Source of the DNA: Candidatus Fermentibacteraceae bacterium
Lineage (GTDB): Bacteria > Fermentibacterota > Fermentibacteria > Fermentibacterales > JCC-6
DNA length: 64,000 nucleotides
Direction: 5' to 3'
Assembly: GCA_041750285.1 (NCBI GenBank)
Contig: JBGSZS010000011.1
Location: forward strand, 64,001-128,000
Under the pieces are notes generated by a model that worked only from the letters and a program-made list of their open reading frames with translations, was not told the origin of the DNA and did no database searches. The number at the start of each line of letters is the position of its first letter. The first letter of the stretch is position 1. Below, piece after piece: positions 1-9,503 of the stretch. A program made the position numbers and the translations under genes.

Positions 1-78
1 CGCAAGCGACAGAAGATCGCAAATCACAAGCGTAAGAAAAGGCGTCGCGCCAACAGGCACAAGAAGAAGATCCGTTAG
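1..78 (+). CDS. Small basic protein, bS22 / AURKAIP1-COX24-like ribosomal protein (5' end outside the window)
   Basis: Frame 1 reads RKRQKIANHKRKKRRRANRHKKKIR-TAG, resembling the Bacteroidota bS22 pattern KRKRHKxATHKRKKRxRxNRHKKK. Too short for the ORF track. Confidence 0.75.
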   Translation, partial: RKRQKIANHKRKKRRRANRHKKKIR

Positions 79-81
79 AAA

Positions 82-567
82 TTGATTGTAGCGGTTCTTT
101 CCGATACGCATGTTCCCACACGGGCCGGCAACCTGCCCGGAAGAGTTTACGAGGTCTGCTGCGAGGCAGACCTCGTCCTTCATTGCGGCGATTTCGTCGA
201 ACCGGAGGTATACCGCGACCTGCAGCGTTTCGCCCCCGTCACGGGTGTGCTGGGCAACATGGACGGTTACGGCCTCCGTGCCATCCTTCCCGAAACCCTC
301 ACGTTCACGCTCGAAGGCGTCAAGGTATGCATGACACATGGCTCAGGCCCCCGGACCGGTCTTCGGGAAAGGGTGAGGGCCCTGTTTGAACCGGAGGACC
401 CGGGGATCATCCTTTTCGGCCATTCCCACCGGTTCACCGAGTACAGGGAGAGCGGTCTTCTGATGCTCAACCCCGGTGCGGTCGAGGGAAGCAGGGGTTG
501 CAGGTCGATGGCGCTCCTCACCATTGGCAATGGCGCCGAACCCTCTGTTGAACAGATACTCTTCTGA
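82..567 (+). CDS. YfcE/MJ0936-family metallophosphoesterase
   Basis: Motifs SDTH, HCGD, GNMD, THG, FGHSH and NPG. Confidence 0.92.
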   Translation: MIVAVLSDTHVPTRAGNLPGRVYEVCCEADLVLHCGDFVEPEVYRDLQRFAPVTGVLGNMDGYGLRAILPETLTFTLEGVKVCMTHGSGPRTGLRERVRALFEPEDPGIILFGHSHRFTEYRESGLLMLNPGAVEGSRGCRSMALLTIGNGAEPSVEQILF

Positions 568-568
568 C

Positions 569-597
569 TTGAAACAGGGGACCCGACAGGTTATCTT
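569..597 (+). promoter_or_regulatory. Sigma70-like promoter for tRNA-Arg
   Basis: TTGAAA (569-574), 17-nt spacer, TATCTT (592-597), just upstream of the tRNA. Confidence 0.55.
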
Positions 598-608
598 ACA
601 GGCTCATT

Positions 609-684
<76 letters not shown>

Positions 685-688
685 GTCG

Positions 689-724
689 ATGGAGGGGCGC
701 TGTTCGGCGTCCCTCCATTTCTTT
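689..724 (+). terminator. Intrinsic terminator after tRNA-Arg
   Basis: Hairpin ATGGAGGGGCGC...GCGTCCCCTCCAT followed by TTCTTT. Confidence 0.7.
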
Positions 725-784
725 GACCTTGTATCAGATGCAGGATGACAGGCCGTTACAGACTCTCCAAACGAAATGCGAAGC

Positions 785-814
785 TTGACAATCGAGAACG
801 CTGTGGAATAGAGT
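785..814 (+). promoter_or_regulatory. Sigma70-like promoter for the 914 gene
   Basis: TTGACA (785-790), 18-nt spacer, TAGAGT (809-814). Confidence 0.5.
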
Positions 815-913
815 TACGATAACAGCCAAACCTGTGTTGCGGCGGCAGCGTCAGGAACATTCCCGGCACGTCGCTCCACAACAGGGTTTCGCATTGAACG
901 GAGGTAGAAGAGG

Positions 914-1555
914 ATGTCATCAAAGGGGTCTTTCTTCTTGATTGCTGCTCTGATGGTGTTTGCAGCTTTCGCAAACGCCGGTGAGCTTCCCGCCACCGCC
1001 GGCCCGAGCTGGCAGTACGCACCCGTGGCGCAGGGCACCGACATGGGTTCCAGCATTCCCCTCTACAACGACCGGGTTGATTCAGCCATCGACCAGAACC
1101 AGCCCAGCGGATCAACCTACATCGCGGCGTTCAGCCAGACCGGCCTCGCCCAGTCATTCCAGCAGACTAACACCAACATCAACGGTGCCGGTATCCTTCT
1201 CCAGGCCTCCGTCGGCTCAAGCGCTCCCGTCACCATCCAGCTCTGGACAAACCTTCCGAATGCCGGGGGTTCCATGCTGGCTGAAGCCACCGCTACAGGC
1301 ACTGCGGGGACATGGGTCGACGTATACTGGACCTACGTCACTGTCACCCCCGCGACCACGTACTATCTGGTGTTCACCGGCAACACGAGTCTGGGAATAG
1401 CCGGCGAGATAAACAATCCCTACGCCTTCGGCCAGTGCTACGCAAACGCTGGTTACGGTTCGTACCCGAACTTCGATTACGCCTTCAGGACCTTCTACCA
1501 GTTGGACGTCGCCCTTTCCCGCGACACCTGGGCGGGTGTGAAGAGCTCCTTCTAG
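914..1555 (+). CDS. Secreted beta-rich protein with C-terminal TWAGVKSSF motif
   Basis: GGAGG RBS, Sec signal ending AFANA, beta-sandwich-like body, C-terminus ALSRDTWAGVKSSF. Confidence 0.85.
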   Translation: MSSKGSFFLIAALMVFAAFANAGELPATAGPSWQYAPVAQGTDMGSSIPLYNDRVDSAIDQNQPSGSTYIAAFSQTGLAQSFQQTNTNINGAGILLQASVGSSAPVTIQLWTNLPNAGGSMLAEATATGTAGTWVDVYWTYVTVTPATTYYLVFTGNTSLGIAGEINNPYAFGQCYANAGYGSYPNFDYAFRTFYQLDVALSRDTWAGVKSSF

Positions 1556-1573
1556 CACACCCGTTTTGTAAGG

Positions 1574-1606
1574 GAGGCCCGGGCCGCAAAGCCCGGGCCT
1601 CTTTTC
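1574..1606 (+). terminator. Intrinsic terminator
   Basis: GAGGCCCGGGC-CGCAAA-GCCCGGGCCTC followed by TTTT. Confidence 0.8.
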
Positions 1607-1611
1607 GATAT

Positions 1612-1646
1612 CAAGAGAGCGGCCCGCTCCTTTCGGAACGGGCCGC
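1612..1646 (-). terminator. Hairpin, probable terminator of the S8 gene
   Basis: GCGGCCCG...CGGGCCGC inverted repeat just past the S8 stop codon. Confidence 0.55.
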
Positions 1647-1663
1647 ACGCGTCTCTTCAGTTG

Positions 1664-3424
1664 CTAGCGCAGCAGCGTGAGCCTTGAAACCGCGGCGCCC
1701 GAGGGGCCTGAAACCCTCACGAAATAGAGGCCGTTGGCGAGGTTGCCGGGAATGTTCCACATGAAGTTGTGGGAACCCGGGTTGATGTCGCCGTTGTGTA
1801 CCGAGGCCACTGCACGACCCGCGACGTCGTAGACGTTGAGGGATACGGTCTGGGCCGCGGGGACGTAGAGGGAGAAGGAGGCGTGGGAAACGGCAGGGTT
1901 GGGGGAAACGCCGGAGAGGAACATGGTCGATGGGTCGACCGCGGCGCCGCTGGCCTCTTCGTTCCCAACCATCTCAAGGGCGGCCAGGACTGCCTGATAG
2001 ATGTCAACACGGCCTGCGCCGTAGATGTTGTCCTTGCCCGCAGCCCCGAGGTCGACGGATGTCATCTCCAGAAGGGAGTCCATCTGGGCGTTGGTGAGGT
2101 TGGGGTTGGCATCGAGGAGGAGGGCCATGCAGCCGGCGATGTGCGGCGTTGCCATCGAGGTTCCGCTCATCGTGGTGTAGCCCGAGGGGTTGCTGTAGCT
2201 GAGGCTCACAACGTCTACGCCGGGTCCGGAGATGTCGGGGTCGATGAGGCCGATGGCCGGGGCGGTGTCGGGGTAGTCGAACCAGGGGGCGTCGTACTTC
2301 CAGGTGGAGTAACCGACGCTGGAGAAGGAAGCGATGTTGTCATTGCTGTCGGTGGCGCCAACGGTTACAACGGCCGAAAGACCGCCGGTCGTTGTCTGGT
2401 CGGGGTGAAGCCATGGGGGAGGGCAGTCGCCGGGGGTGCGGATGTCGCCCGGGTAGGAGGGATTTCCGCCCTCGTTACCGGCGGCGATGGCATGGTGAAC
2501 ACCTGCTGCAAGGCTGTTCTCGACTACTTCCCGCCACTCCTGACGGTTCGGATTCTGGCTCTGGGGCCAGCCGAAGGATGAAGAGACTACGCTTGCGCCA
2601 TGCTCGACGGCGAACTCGTAGGCATCCCAGCACTGCTGTTCGGTGGAGAACGTCATGGCGGTCTTGAGCGCCATGATGGTAGCCTCGGGTGCAACGCCGG
2701 TCTGGGTGCCGGAGGTGCCGTCACCCGCAACCGTGCCGGCCGTGTGGGTGCCGTGACCGCTTGTGTCCATGGGGTCGCCGGTGCCGCTTGCGAAGTTCCA
2801 GCCGTAGTGGTAACCGGCGGCGGTGTCGTGCCACATCTGGTTGTGGATGTCGTTGTGGTTGTAGTTGACACCCGTGTCGACGACGGCGACGATGATGCCT
2901 TCGCCTTCGTAACCGAGGGCCCAGACGTCGGGGGCGTTTATCTTCTCAAGACCCCAGGTGGTGGCGAGCCTGACCTCTTCGGGAGTTGGTTCCCTGACGT
3001 CGACCGGTTCGATGCTGATGTCGGTGTAGGTGACCAGGGAGATGTATTCAACATCACCCCGAAGGGAGAGCTGCCTGATCGCCTGCGGTGTTGCGTGGCA
3101 TCCTATGGCATTGACTATCCAGCTCTGGTGAACCTCTGTGACTGCTCCGCCGGGAAAGTCGGCCATGGCTTCCACTATCGGCTGCTGAGCCTGGGTGGCG
3201 AAGGCCTTGAGCACGCTGACGGCGAGCTCCCGTCTCTGGTCGGGCGTCATGTTGGAGGCAACGCTGTTTATGTAGTCGAGGTCTGCGCGTCCAACCGGCA
3301 TTACAAGCACGGGGATGAGCCGGTCGGGGGCCGACAGGGCCATCTCCAGTTGAAGCTGCTCGCTGATGACACCGGCGAAGCCGGAGGCAGCGATGAGAAG
3401 AACTAGAAGCAAGGGGGTTTTCAT
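1664..3424 (-). CDS. S8 subtilisin-family serine peptidase with propeptide and T9SS-type C-terminal domain
   Basis: Signal peptide MKTPLLLVLL; catalytic triad VAVVDTG, HGTHTAG, GTSMATP; oxyanion AAGN; tail SPNP...VYDVAGR...GLYFVRV...RLTLLR. Start moved to ATG 3424 because of a GAAAGG RBS. Confidence 0.95.
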   Translation of the reverse strand: MKTPLLLVLLIAASGFAGVISEQLQLEMALSAPDRLIPVLVMPVGRADLDYINSVASNMTPDQRRELAVSVLKAFATQAQQPIVEAMADFPGGAVTEVHQSWIVNAIGCHATPQAIRQLSLRGDVEYISLVTYTDISIEPVDVREPTPEEVRLATTWGLEKINAPDVWALGYEGEGIIVAVVDTGVNYNHNDIHNQMWHDTAAGYHYGWNFASGTGDPMDTSGHGTHTAGTVAGDGTSGTQTGVAPEATIMALKTAMTFSTEQQCWDAYEFAVEHGASVVSSSFGWPQSQNPNRQEWREVVENSLAAGVHHAIAAGNEGGNPSYPGDIRTPGDCPPPWLHPDQTTTGGLSAVVTVGATDSNDNIASFSSVGYSTWKYDAPWFDYPDTAPAIGLIDPDISGPGVDVVSLSYSNPSGYTTMSGTSMATPHIAGCMALLLDANPNLTNAQMDSLLEMTSVDLGAAGKDNIYGAGRVDIYQAVLAALEMVGNEEASGAAVDPSTMFLSGVSPNPAVSHASFSLYVPAAQTVSLNVYDVAGRAVASVHNGDINPGSHNFMWNIPGNLANGLYFVRVSGPSGAAVSRLTLLR

Positions 3425-3519
3425 ACCGTTCCTTTCAGTGTTGGGAAAAGGGAACAACAACATACGAAAAATATAATGAATTCCGCGGGAAAAAAACGGG
3501 GTCGGTGAAGAAGGACATG

Positions 3520-3954
3520 TCAGGGAAGGATCCTGACTGCGGATACGAATCGTCTGACGTAGTTGGACTGGTCTATCGGGGTTACCGTGACCCCGATGTT
3601 CCTGTAGGAAGAGGAATGGACGAAGTTGCCGTTGCCGATGTAAATGCCCACATGACCGGGATTCTGGAAAATGAGAAGGTCGCCGGGAAGGATGCTGTCG
3701 CGGGGGACCTCGGTTCCCGCCGATGCCATGGCACCCGCCGTGCGGGGGAGGGTGACGCCGTTGTCACCGAATACCCTGTACACAAGACCGCTGCAGTCGA
3801 AACCCGACGAATCGGTTCCGCCCCATACGTAGGGAGTGCCAACGTGTGAGAGGGCATCGGATACGATGGCGTCGGCGAGGTCGACACGAGGAAGCGAATC
3901 GGAGGCTGTTGCAGCAGCGAGAACCATGGCGGCCAATAATGCGCAGAAAGGCAT
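3520..3954 (-). CDS. NlpC/P60 (C40) cell-wall peptidase
   Basis: GTPYVWGG, FDCSG, LPRTA, PGDLLIF, HVGIYIG, HSS. Confidence 0.93.
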   Translation of the reverse strand: MPFCALLAAMVLAAATASDSLPRVDLADAIVSDALSHVGTPYVWGGTDSSGFDCSGLVYRVFGDNGVTLPRTAGAMASAGTEVPRDSILPGDLLIFQNPGHVGIYIGNGNFVHSSSYRNIGVTVTPIDQSNYVRRFVSAVRILP

Positions 3955-3955
3955 G

Positions 3956-4720
3956 TCAGTACTGTCCCATCTTGTTCAGGCGCATGGCCTTTCTCTCAAA
4001 GACCCTGAAAACCATAAGACCCGCGGCCAGGTAGAACAGGCTGTTGGCCGTTATAAGGATGTACCACCATGCCGGGAAATTGGTTCCATGAACGGTGTGG
4101 GAGTTCACCGTGTGGGCCCCCGCAACGAATGGAAGCAGTGCCCATCCCGTGAACGGGTAGACAGGAAGCAGCATCATCCCGATCAGGGCGAATGACAGGA
4201 TCCCGTAGACCGAGCCGATCCTCTTGTGGATCAGACCGATGCCGCCAAGCATGAACGATATCCCGACGAGCGAGAGAATACTGAGGAGGAGAACGCCATA
4301 GAAGAATGGGAAATCCACCGTCAGCATCCTGCCCGTCGTGAGCATGGAGAGGAAAAGCATTATCGTGACGAAGATGTAGTTGAACAGGATGCCGTTGAGA
4401 ATCCTGAACAGAAAGATCATGTCCGCCCCCAGGGGTGACAGGTAGAGCTGCTCGAGCGTGCCTGTCTGGGATTCATTCATGACCTCCCCGCCCGTGGCCT
4501 GTATTGACATCATCGCCATCAGCCAGAGCACATAGCCCACCACCATTGAATCGAGGGAGTCGCCTGAGACGCTTCCGCCGGCGATGGCCCTCACCCCCCA
4601 GAACATTCCGAGGAATACAAGGTACATCACCAGCACCAGGGCGCCTGTGTTGAAGAAATATCTTTTCAGACCCCACCCCATGAGCCTCAGCTCGGCAACG
4701 GCAAGGGTCAGCATCCGCAT
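3956..4720 (-). CDS. ABC-2 type transporter permease
   Basis: About 6 TM segments and an ESQTGTLEQLYLSP motif. The ATG at 4720 overlaps the ATPase stop (TGATG). Confidence 0.88.
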   Translation of the reverse strand: MRMLTLAVAELRLMGWGLKRYFFNTGALVLVMYLVFLGMFWGVRAIAGGSVSGDSLDSMVVGYVLWLMAMMSIQATGGEVMNESQTGTLEQLYLSPLGADMIFLFRILNGILFNYIFVTIMLFLSMLTTGRMLTVDFPFFYGVLLLSILSLVGISFMLGGIGLIHKRIGSVYGILSFALIGMMLLPVYPFTGWALLPFVAGAHTVNSHTVHGTNFPAWWYILITANSLFYLAAGLMVFRVFERKAMRLNKMGQY

Positions 4721-5667
4721 CAGGGCTCCCTCCGGATCATCTGCAGAAAGATGTCCTCGAGATCGTTCCCGCTGGTGCTGAAATCCTTCACGACCGATCC
4801 GCCCCCGCGAAGGATATCCATCAGATCCATGATGCTGCCGGGCTGGTGCAGCCTTATCCTCAGCCTGCACGAGCCGTCATCGCATACTGTCTGACACGGT
4901 CCCAGAGCTTCGGCAGCCTCGGTCTGCGCCTGTGTCAGGGGCGCCTCAAGGACAACCTCGACGGTTTTCTCAGAGAATCGAGCCTTCAGGCTCTGAAGGG
5001 TTTCATCGGAAATGATCCGGCCCGATCTGATGATAAGCACCCTGTCGCACAGGGATTCGATGAAGCCCATGTCGTGCGAGGTCACCAGGATGGTCTTGCC
5101 GTGCTCCCCGACAAGCGATCTGATCCAGTTGCGCATGGAGAGGGCGATCTCAACGTCGAGCCCCATCGTCGGTTCGTCGAGGAACAGGACTTCGGGATCG
5201 TGCACGAAGGCGCATGCCATTGCGACCTTTTGTTTCATTCCGCTGGAGAACTGCCTCACCTCCTTGTTGCGAACTTCCCAGAGCTCGAGCTTCCTGAGGA
5301 GGTGTTCGATCATGGGGGTCGCCCGCCTGGCGGAAATTCCCCTGATCCCGGCGAAGTACAGGAGGTTCTCGCGGGGGGAGAGGTACCAGTAGATGTTCCT
5401 TGCTCCCTCGAGCACTGCGCCGGCACTTTCGAGAACGCGCTTCCTGTTTTTGGCGACGGAAAGGCCGTTCACGAGTATCTCGCCGCTGTCATGGCTTACG
5501 AGGCCGAGGATGGATTTGAGGGTTGTTGTCTTTCCCGAGCCGTTAGGGCCCAGGATTCCCAGTATCTCACCCTTTCGGGCCTGAAATGAGAGGCCGTCGA
5601 CGGCTATGGTCCTGCCGTAGGTCTTCCTGAGGTTTTCGACATGAATCAGAACGCCGGGGTCGGTCAT
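4720..5667 (-). CDS. ABC transporter ATP-binding protein (DrrA-like)
   Basis: Walker A GPNGSGKTT, signature FSSGMKQK, Walker B LFLDEPT, H-loop. True start is MTDPGV at 5667. Confidence 0.93.
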   Translation of the reverse strand: MTDPGVLIHVENLRKTYGRTIAVDGLSFQARKGEILGILGPNGSGKTTTLKSILGLVSHDSGEILVNGLSVAKNRKRVLESAGAVLEGARNIYWYLSPRENLLYFAGIRGISARRATPMIEHLLRKLELWEVRNKEVRQFSSGMKQKVAMACAFVHDPEVLFLDEPTMGLDVEIALSMRNWIRSLVGEHGKTILVTSHDMGFIESLCDRVLIIRSGRIISDETLQSLKARFSEKTVEVVLEAPLTQAQTEAAEALGPCQTVCDDGSCRLRIRLHQPGSIMDLMDILRGGGSVVKDFSTSGNDLEDIFLQMIRREP

Positions 5668-5682
5668 GACCTGTCCAAATGG

Positions 5683-5713
5683 AAAAGGGGGGCGGAAACG
5701 AGTTCCGCCCCCC
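5683..5713 (-). terminator. Intrinsic terminator after the 5723 gene
   Basis: GGGGGGCGGAA-ACGAG-TTCCGCCCCCC with an adjacent AAAA, which is a U tract on the minus strand. Confidence 0.8.
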
Positions 5714-5722
5714 GCAGCAGGA

Positions 5723-6556
5723 TTAGAAGGAGCTCTTGATGTTTGCCCAGGTGGAGGGGGAGAGGGACTGGGGGTCCCAGTCGATGTCGAGAACGTAGAG
5801 GAAGGAGTTCTGGGGGTAGACGTAGAGGTATTCGCCGTCGTAGTCGATACCGCCGTTGACTTCGGCCTCTTCGGTGAAGGTGGCGGACCACACCGGTGTG
5901 GGATTGGGTGAGCCGTCAGGGTTGATGTAGTGGATGAAGATATTGTCTTCGTCGGCAAGGCCGCAGGCAACGAACAGGTAGTCGCCCCAGACCGCGAGGC
6001 CGTAGACGGATGTGTAGGGGATCTCGGTCCAGCCGCTGATGCTTGTTTCTGTTCCGGTGTAGGGGCCCCAGGCGAGGACATCTTCGTTGGGGGAACCGAC
6101 ATACACCTGACCCTTGCCGGCACCGATCCCGAAGAGGTTGGTATATCCGGCAGGACCGGCGATGTTGGCCACGTGCGACCCGTTCTCGGCAAAAACGGCG
6201 AACATGCTGGTGCCGTAATCGGTCATGAACCAGCGGTTGCCGGTGCCGTACTCGCAGTAGGCCTGATCGTCGGGGTCGACGCCTTCGGTGATCTCCCAGG
6301 AACCTTCGGGGGCGCCGGTGACCATGTCGAACTCGTAGTTCACCAGGTCGCTCCAGTTGAGTATCCAGATGCTGTTGGGAACGTTGTCCTGGATGGCAAG
6401 GCCGTAGGAGGCGCTGAGGCCGCCTATGAGGGTGCTTACGACGGTGTAGCTTCCCCTGTTGTAGCTGGGATTCTCGGAATGGCTCGGGCCTCCCGTTCTG
6501 ACAGAGGCGAACGCGCTGACGGTAAGGCAGACAAGTAACACGGCAAGAATTCTCAT
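5723..6556 (-). CDS. Secreted beta-propeller-like protein with C-terminal TWANIKSSF motif
   Basis: Signal peptide MRILAVLLVCLTVSAFA; repeated YGLA/FGIG/GGID blade starts; ends SLSPSTWANIKSSF. Confidence 0.85.
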   Translation of the reverse strand: MRILAVLLVCLTVSAFASVRTGGPSHSENPSYNRGSYTVVSTLIGGLSASYGLAIQDNVPNSIWILNWSDLVNYEFDMVTGAPEGSWEITEGVDPDDQAYCEYGTGNRWFMTDYGTSMFAVFAENGSHVANIAGPAGYTNLFGIGAGKGQVYVGSPNEDVLAWGPYTGTETSISGWTEIPYTSVYGLAVWGDYLFVACGLADEDNIFIHYINPDGSPNPTPVWSATFTEEAEVNGGIDYDGEYLYVYPQNSFLYVLDIDWDPQSLSPSTWANIKSSF

Positions 6557-6688
6557 GATCCTCTCCATTCATTTCTGAGTGCAGGCTTCAATCTAATATT
6601 TCATTCGGGCTGTTCTGTCAATAAGCTGTCCATCACATCCCGGCCTTCGCTGCGGCTATATTCATCGCAATGACGGGGGAGGTCTTCA

Positions 6689-7282
6689 ATGAAAAGGGCG
6701 GTTGGCATTTTGCTCATCGTTGTCCCTATTGCGTTTGCCTTCAGGGGCGGTTCGGTTCCCGAAGCACGATATGACGGCTCGGCGGGTTCGGTCTGGCTTG
6801 ACCGATTTCTTGCCTGTGATGGGATGTCGTACTCAGCCTTTCTGTCCGAGCTTGAGCTTTTCGAGGCCGAAACGGGCAGGGGCTGGGGCCGGCGGCCTTC
6901 CACATGGCGATGGGCGCCCCGCATGAGGGAGTGGGAACGCATCGCTCCCGAAATGGAGGGGCTGGCGGATCTTCTTGGAAGGCTTGACCTCGAGTGGTCA
7001 CAGCACGCCTACCTCGATGCCCTGACGGCGTATGTCGACTACTACAGGTTCAGCATGAGGTCAACGTACGGACTGGAAGACAGCCGGACAAGGTTCTTCG
7101 AGAGCTTTGCCGGGGACGGTCCGCTTCAATTGGGCAACCCGCCCGAAGCGGACTGCGAATCCCTTGACCTTGTCGCCCGGGCGGTGGGGGAGATCAGGGC
7201 AATGCTCAGCCCCGAACAGATGGAGAGCGCTGCAGAGCTTGTCTCCTCGGGATGCCGTTCGTTCAGACCGTATCGGTACTGA
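6689..7282 (+). CDS. Hypothetical exported protein
   Basis: GGAGG RBS, N-terminal signal peptide, helical body, no recognised family. Confidence 0.7.
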   Translation: MKRAVGILLIVVPIAFAFRGGSVPEARYDGSAGSVWLDRFLACDGMSYSAFLSELELFEAETGRGWGRRPSTWRWAPRMREWERIAPEMEGLADLLGRLDLEWSQHAYLDALTAYVDYYRFSMRSTYGLEDSRTRFFESFAGDGPLQLGNPPEADCESLDLVARAVGEIRAMLSPEQMESAAELVSSGCRSFRPYRY

Positions 7283-7829
7283 GCCTTCCGTAGACCAGGA
7301 CATTCCGGGGGGAACCGCGAAGCACGAATGATTCACGCAGTTTGCCCTCGAGGGTGAAACCCATCCTTTCGAGAAGCCTCTCCGACCTTGTATTGCCTTC
7401 GATGACACGCGCCTCAACCCTGTGCAGGTTCATGGTTCCGAAAGCGTAGGTCAGAACTGCGCCGAGGGCCTCGGTCATGTAACCCCTGCAAACAAAGCTT
7501 CTGTCGAGATCGAAGGCCGCTTCCGCAAGCAGATCATGAAAACTGAACTCCTGCAGTGACACGCTTCCCGCGTAATCGCCGGTTGCCTTCTCACGTATCG
7601 CCCAGTTCAGGGAAACACCCCGTTCATGACCGTTGATGTACTCGTCCAGAACGCCCTCGAGACAATCGGGTCCGTCTGCTGGATCGGTCACGAACTCGAC
7701 CGTGAGGGGGTCGGAAAGGCAGCGGAAAATGCTTTCGAGATCGGTGCTCCTGAATGCGCCAAGCACCAGCCGGGTTGTTTCCAGAACGGGAAAGCGCCCG
7801 GGCCAGAGAACCTCGGGGTGTGGGTTCAA
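7263..7829 (-). CDS. GNAT acetyltransferase, RimJ/RimL family
   Basis: FPVLETTRLVL, GYMTEAL, NLHRVEA, NTRSERLLERMGFTLEG. Confidence 0.9.
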   Translation of the reverse strand: MNPHPEVLWPGRFPVLETTRLVLGAFRSTDLESIFRCLSDPLTVEFVTDPADGPDCLEGVLDEYINGHERGVSLNWAIREKATGDYAGSVSLQEFSFHDLLAEAAFDLDRSFVCRGYMTEALGAVLTYAFGTMNLHRVEARVIEGNTRSERLLERMGFTLEGKLRESFVLRGSPRNVLVYGRLSTDTV

Positions 7830-8324
7830 CTACTCTTTTCCGGGGTGGATCAGCATCGCCTTCCTGAACTCCACCGTGTTCTTCTTCAGTTCCCGGTTCA
7901 TCACGGCGAGGGTCGTGAAGGTCTGGTCGGTGAATTGAAGCCTCTTTACGAGAACCCTCATGAAACCCATCAGGAACCTGGCCGCAAGCTTCGGCTTCTC
8001 ATCCATCAGCTTCTGGAAGCGGTCGAAGCTCATTCGGTGAAGTATGGAATCCTCGTTGGCTATCACCGTGGCGGAACGGGGGGAACCGTCGATGAAGCTC
8101 ATCTCGCCGAACACGTCGCCCTCGGCGAAGATTGCCAGGGGAACGACGTCCTCGTCCCAGCTGTCCGCCGCGGTGGCAGAACCGCTTTTGATGACGAACA
8201 GGTCACGGCTTGCATCGTCCTTGAGAATGATGGGGGAATCCTTGCGGTAAAGCTCGCTGTCGCAGCATGCGAGGAACTCTTCCTTCTCGTCGGCGGTAAG
8301 GTGTTCAAAGAACAGGTTTGGCAT
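7830..8324 (-). CDS. Stand-alone cyclic nucleotide-binding domain protein
   Basis: GDVFGEMSFIDGSPRSATV phosphate-binding cassette; no C-terminal HTH; start MPNLFF at 8324. Confidence 0.88.
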   Translation of the reverse strand: MPNLFFEHLTADEKEEFLACCDSELYRKDSPIILKDDASRDLFVIKSGSATAADSWDEDVVPLAIFAEGDVFGEMSFIDGSPRSATVIANEDSILHRMSFDRFQKLMDEKPKLAARFLMGFMRVLVKRLQFTDQTFTTLAVMNRELKKNTVEFRKAMLIHPGKE

Positions 8325-8381
8325 ATTCCTTTTCCTTTCCGGTATGTTTTCACAGAGCCTATTGTAATGGAAAGGATGACC

Positions 8382-9503
8382 ATGGAAAAGAGACTGGTTC
8401 CTCTCCTTCCCCTGGCGCTTCTCGCGCTTGTTTCCTGCGGGGAGCGGCAGGATGGTGACTCCGGAGCACCGGAGGACGGGCGGCAACCCGTGATCGTGGT
8501 TACCGACACCATTGGCGTCGAGACGGGTGACGAGAGGCTTACCTTCGGTTTCATCACCGGGACCGGGATGACCCCCAATGGTGATGTTGCAGTGCTGGAC
8601 GCACAGAAGGCAACCCTTCAGGTCTTCTCTCCCGAAGGTGAAGAGCTGCTTTCGATGGGGGGGTTCGGCCCGGGTCCGGGCGAGTTTCAGTTCCCGATGG
8701 CCATGGCGGTGCTTCAAGACGGGTACGCCGTTTCCGACCTCATGGGGGGCAAGATCGTGTTCTTCGATGAAAACGGCGTTTTCCAGAGGGAACTGACCGG
8801 TTTCTTCCCAACACCTCCAATGAGCATAGTCGCCTCGACACCGGGAGGAGTGGCGGGGGTCTCAATGAAGGTCGAGGCAGGAGGCGACGGCGCTCCCAGT
8901 GCATCGATGATCCTGGCTTCGTGGCGCGACTCGCCTGAACCCTCCATTTTGTTTCATTCGATCCCCGTTCCGATGGATGGCGGAAGGATCATGTCCAGAC
9001 CCGAGTTCGAAGTATCGCCAGGTCCCGGCGGTTCGGTCTTTTTTGCCGAAGAATCGGACTCGCTCCTTCTGGTCCTCGGTTTTTCGCCTGAAGGCGAAAC
9101 GATCTTCTCTGTCAGTGAACCCTTCGAGAGGACACCCAAATCCGAAGAGGAGCTTGCGGAGGAGTCCCTCAGCATTTCGCTGCGGATAACCAACGGAGAG
9201 TCCACCCTCGATCGAACACGGAGCAGGGACGAACACCCCTACAGAACCGTTGTGACCGGAATAGGCGTCGATTCACTGGGCAGGGTCTGGCTGGAGATGG
9301 GGAACACCGGCCAGCCTTTCTTCAGGGTCTATTCACCCGATGGCGGCAGCTTTGCCACCGTGGTTCCCGAAAACCCGGAAGGGCTTTCGAGGGCCGACTA
9401 CAGCATCACCCCATACGGCGCCGTCGCCGGTGAGCCCGACCCCCTGGACTGGCCCAAGGTCTATCTTCTTTCCATACCCACAGGAAACGAGGTTGAGCAA
9501 TGA
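8382..9503 (+). CDS. 6-bladed beta-propeller (NHL-like) lipoprotein
   Basis: Lipobox LVSC; GGFGPGPGEFQFP and GIGVDSLGRVW motifs. Confidence 0.82.
   Translation: MEKRLVPLLPLALLALVSCGERQDGDSGAPEDGRQPVIVVTDTIGVETGDERLTFGFITGTGMTPNGDVAVLDAQKATLQVFSPEGEELLSMGGFGPGPGEFQFPMAMAVLQDGYAVSDLMGGKIVFFDENGVFQRELTGFFPTPPMSIVASTPGGVAGVSMKVEAGGDGAPSASMILASWRDSPEPSILFHSIPVPMDGGRIMSRPEFEVSPGPGGSVFFAEESDSLLLVLGFSPEGETIFSVSEPFERTPKSEEELAEESLSISLRITNGESTLDRTRSRDEHPYRTVVTGIGVDSLGRVWLEMGNTGQPFFRVYSPDGGSFATVVPENPEGLSRADYSITPYGAVAGEPDPLDWPKVYLLSIPTGNEVEQ

Noticed and set aside
7626..8717. Apparent long overlap between the 625-aa and 295-aa ORFs
   Set aside because: The real starts are 8382 (+) and 8324 (-), so the genes are divergent and do not overlap.
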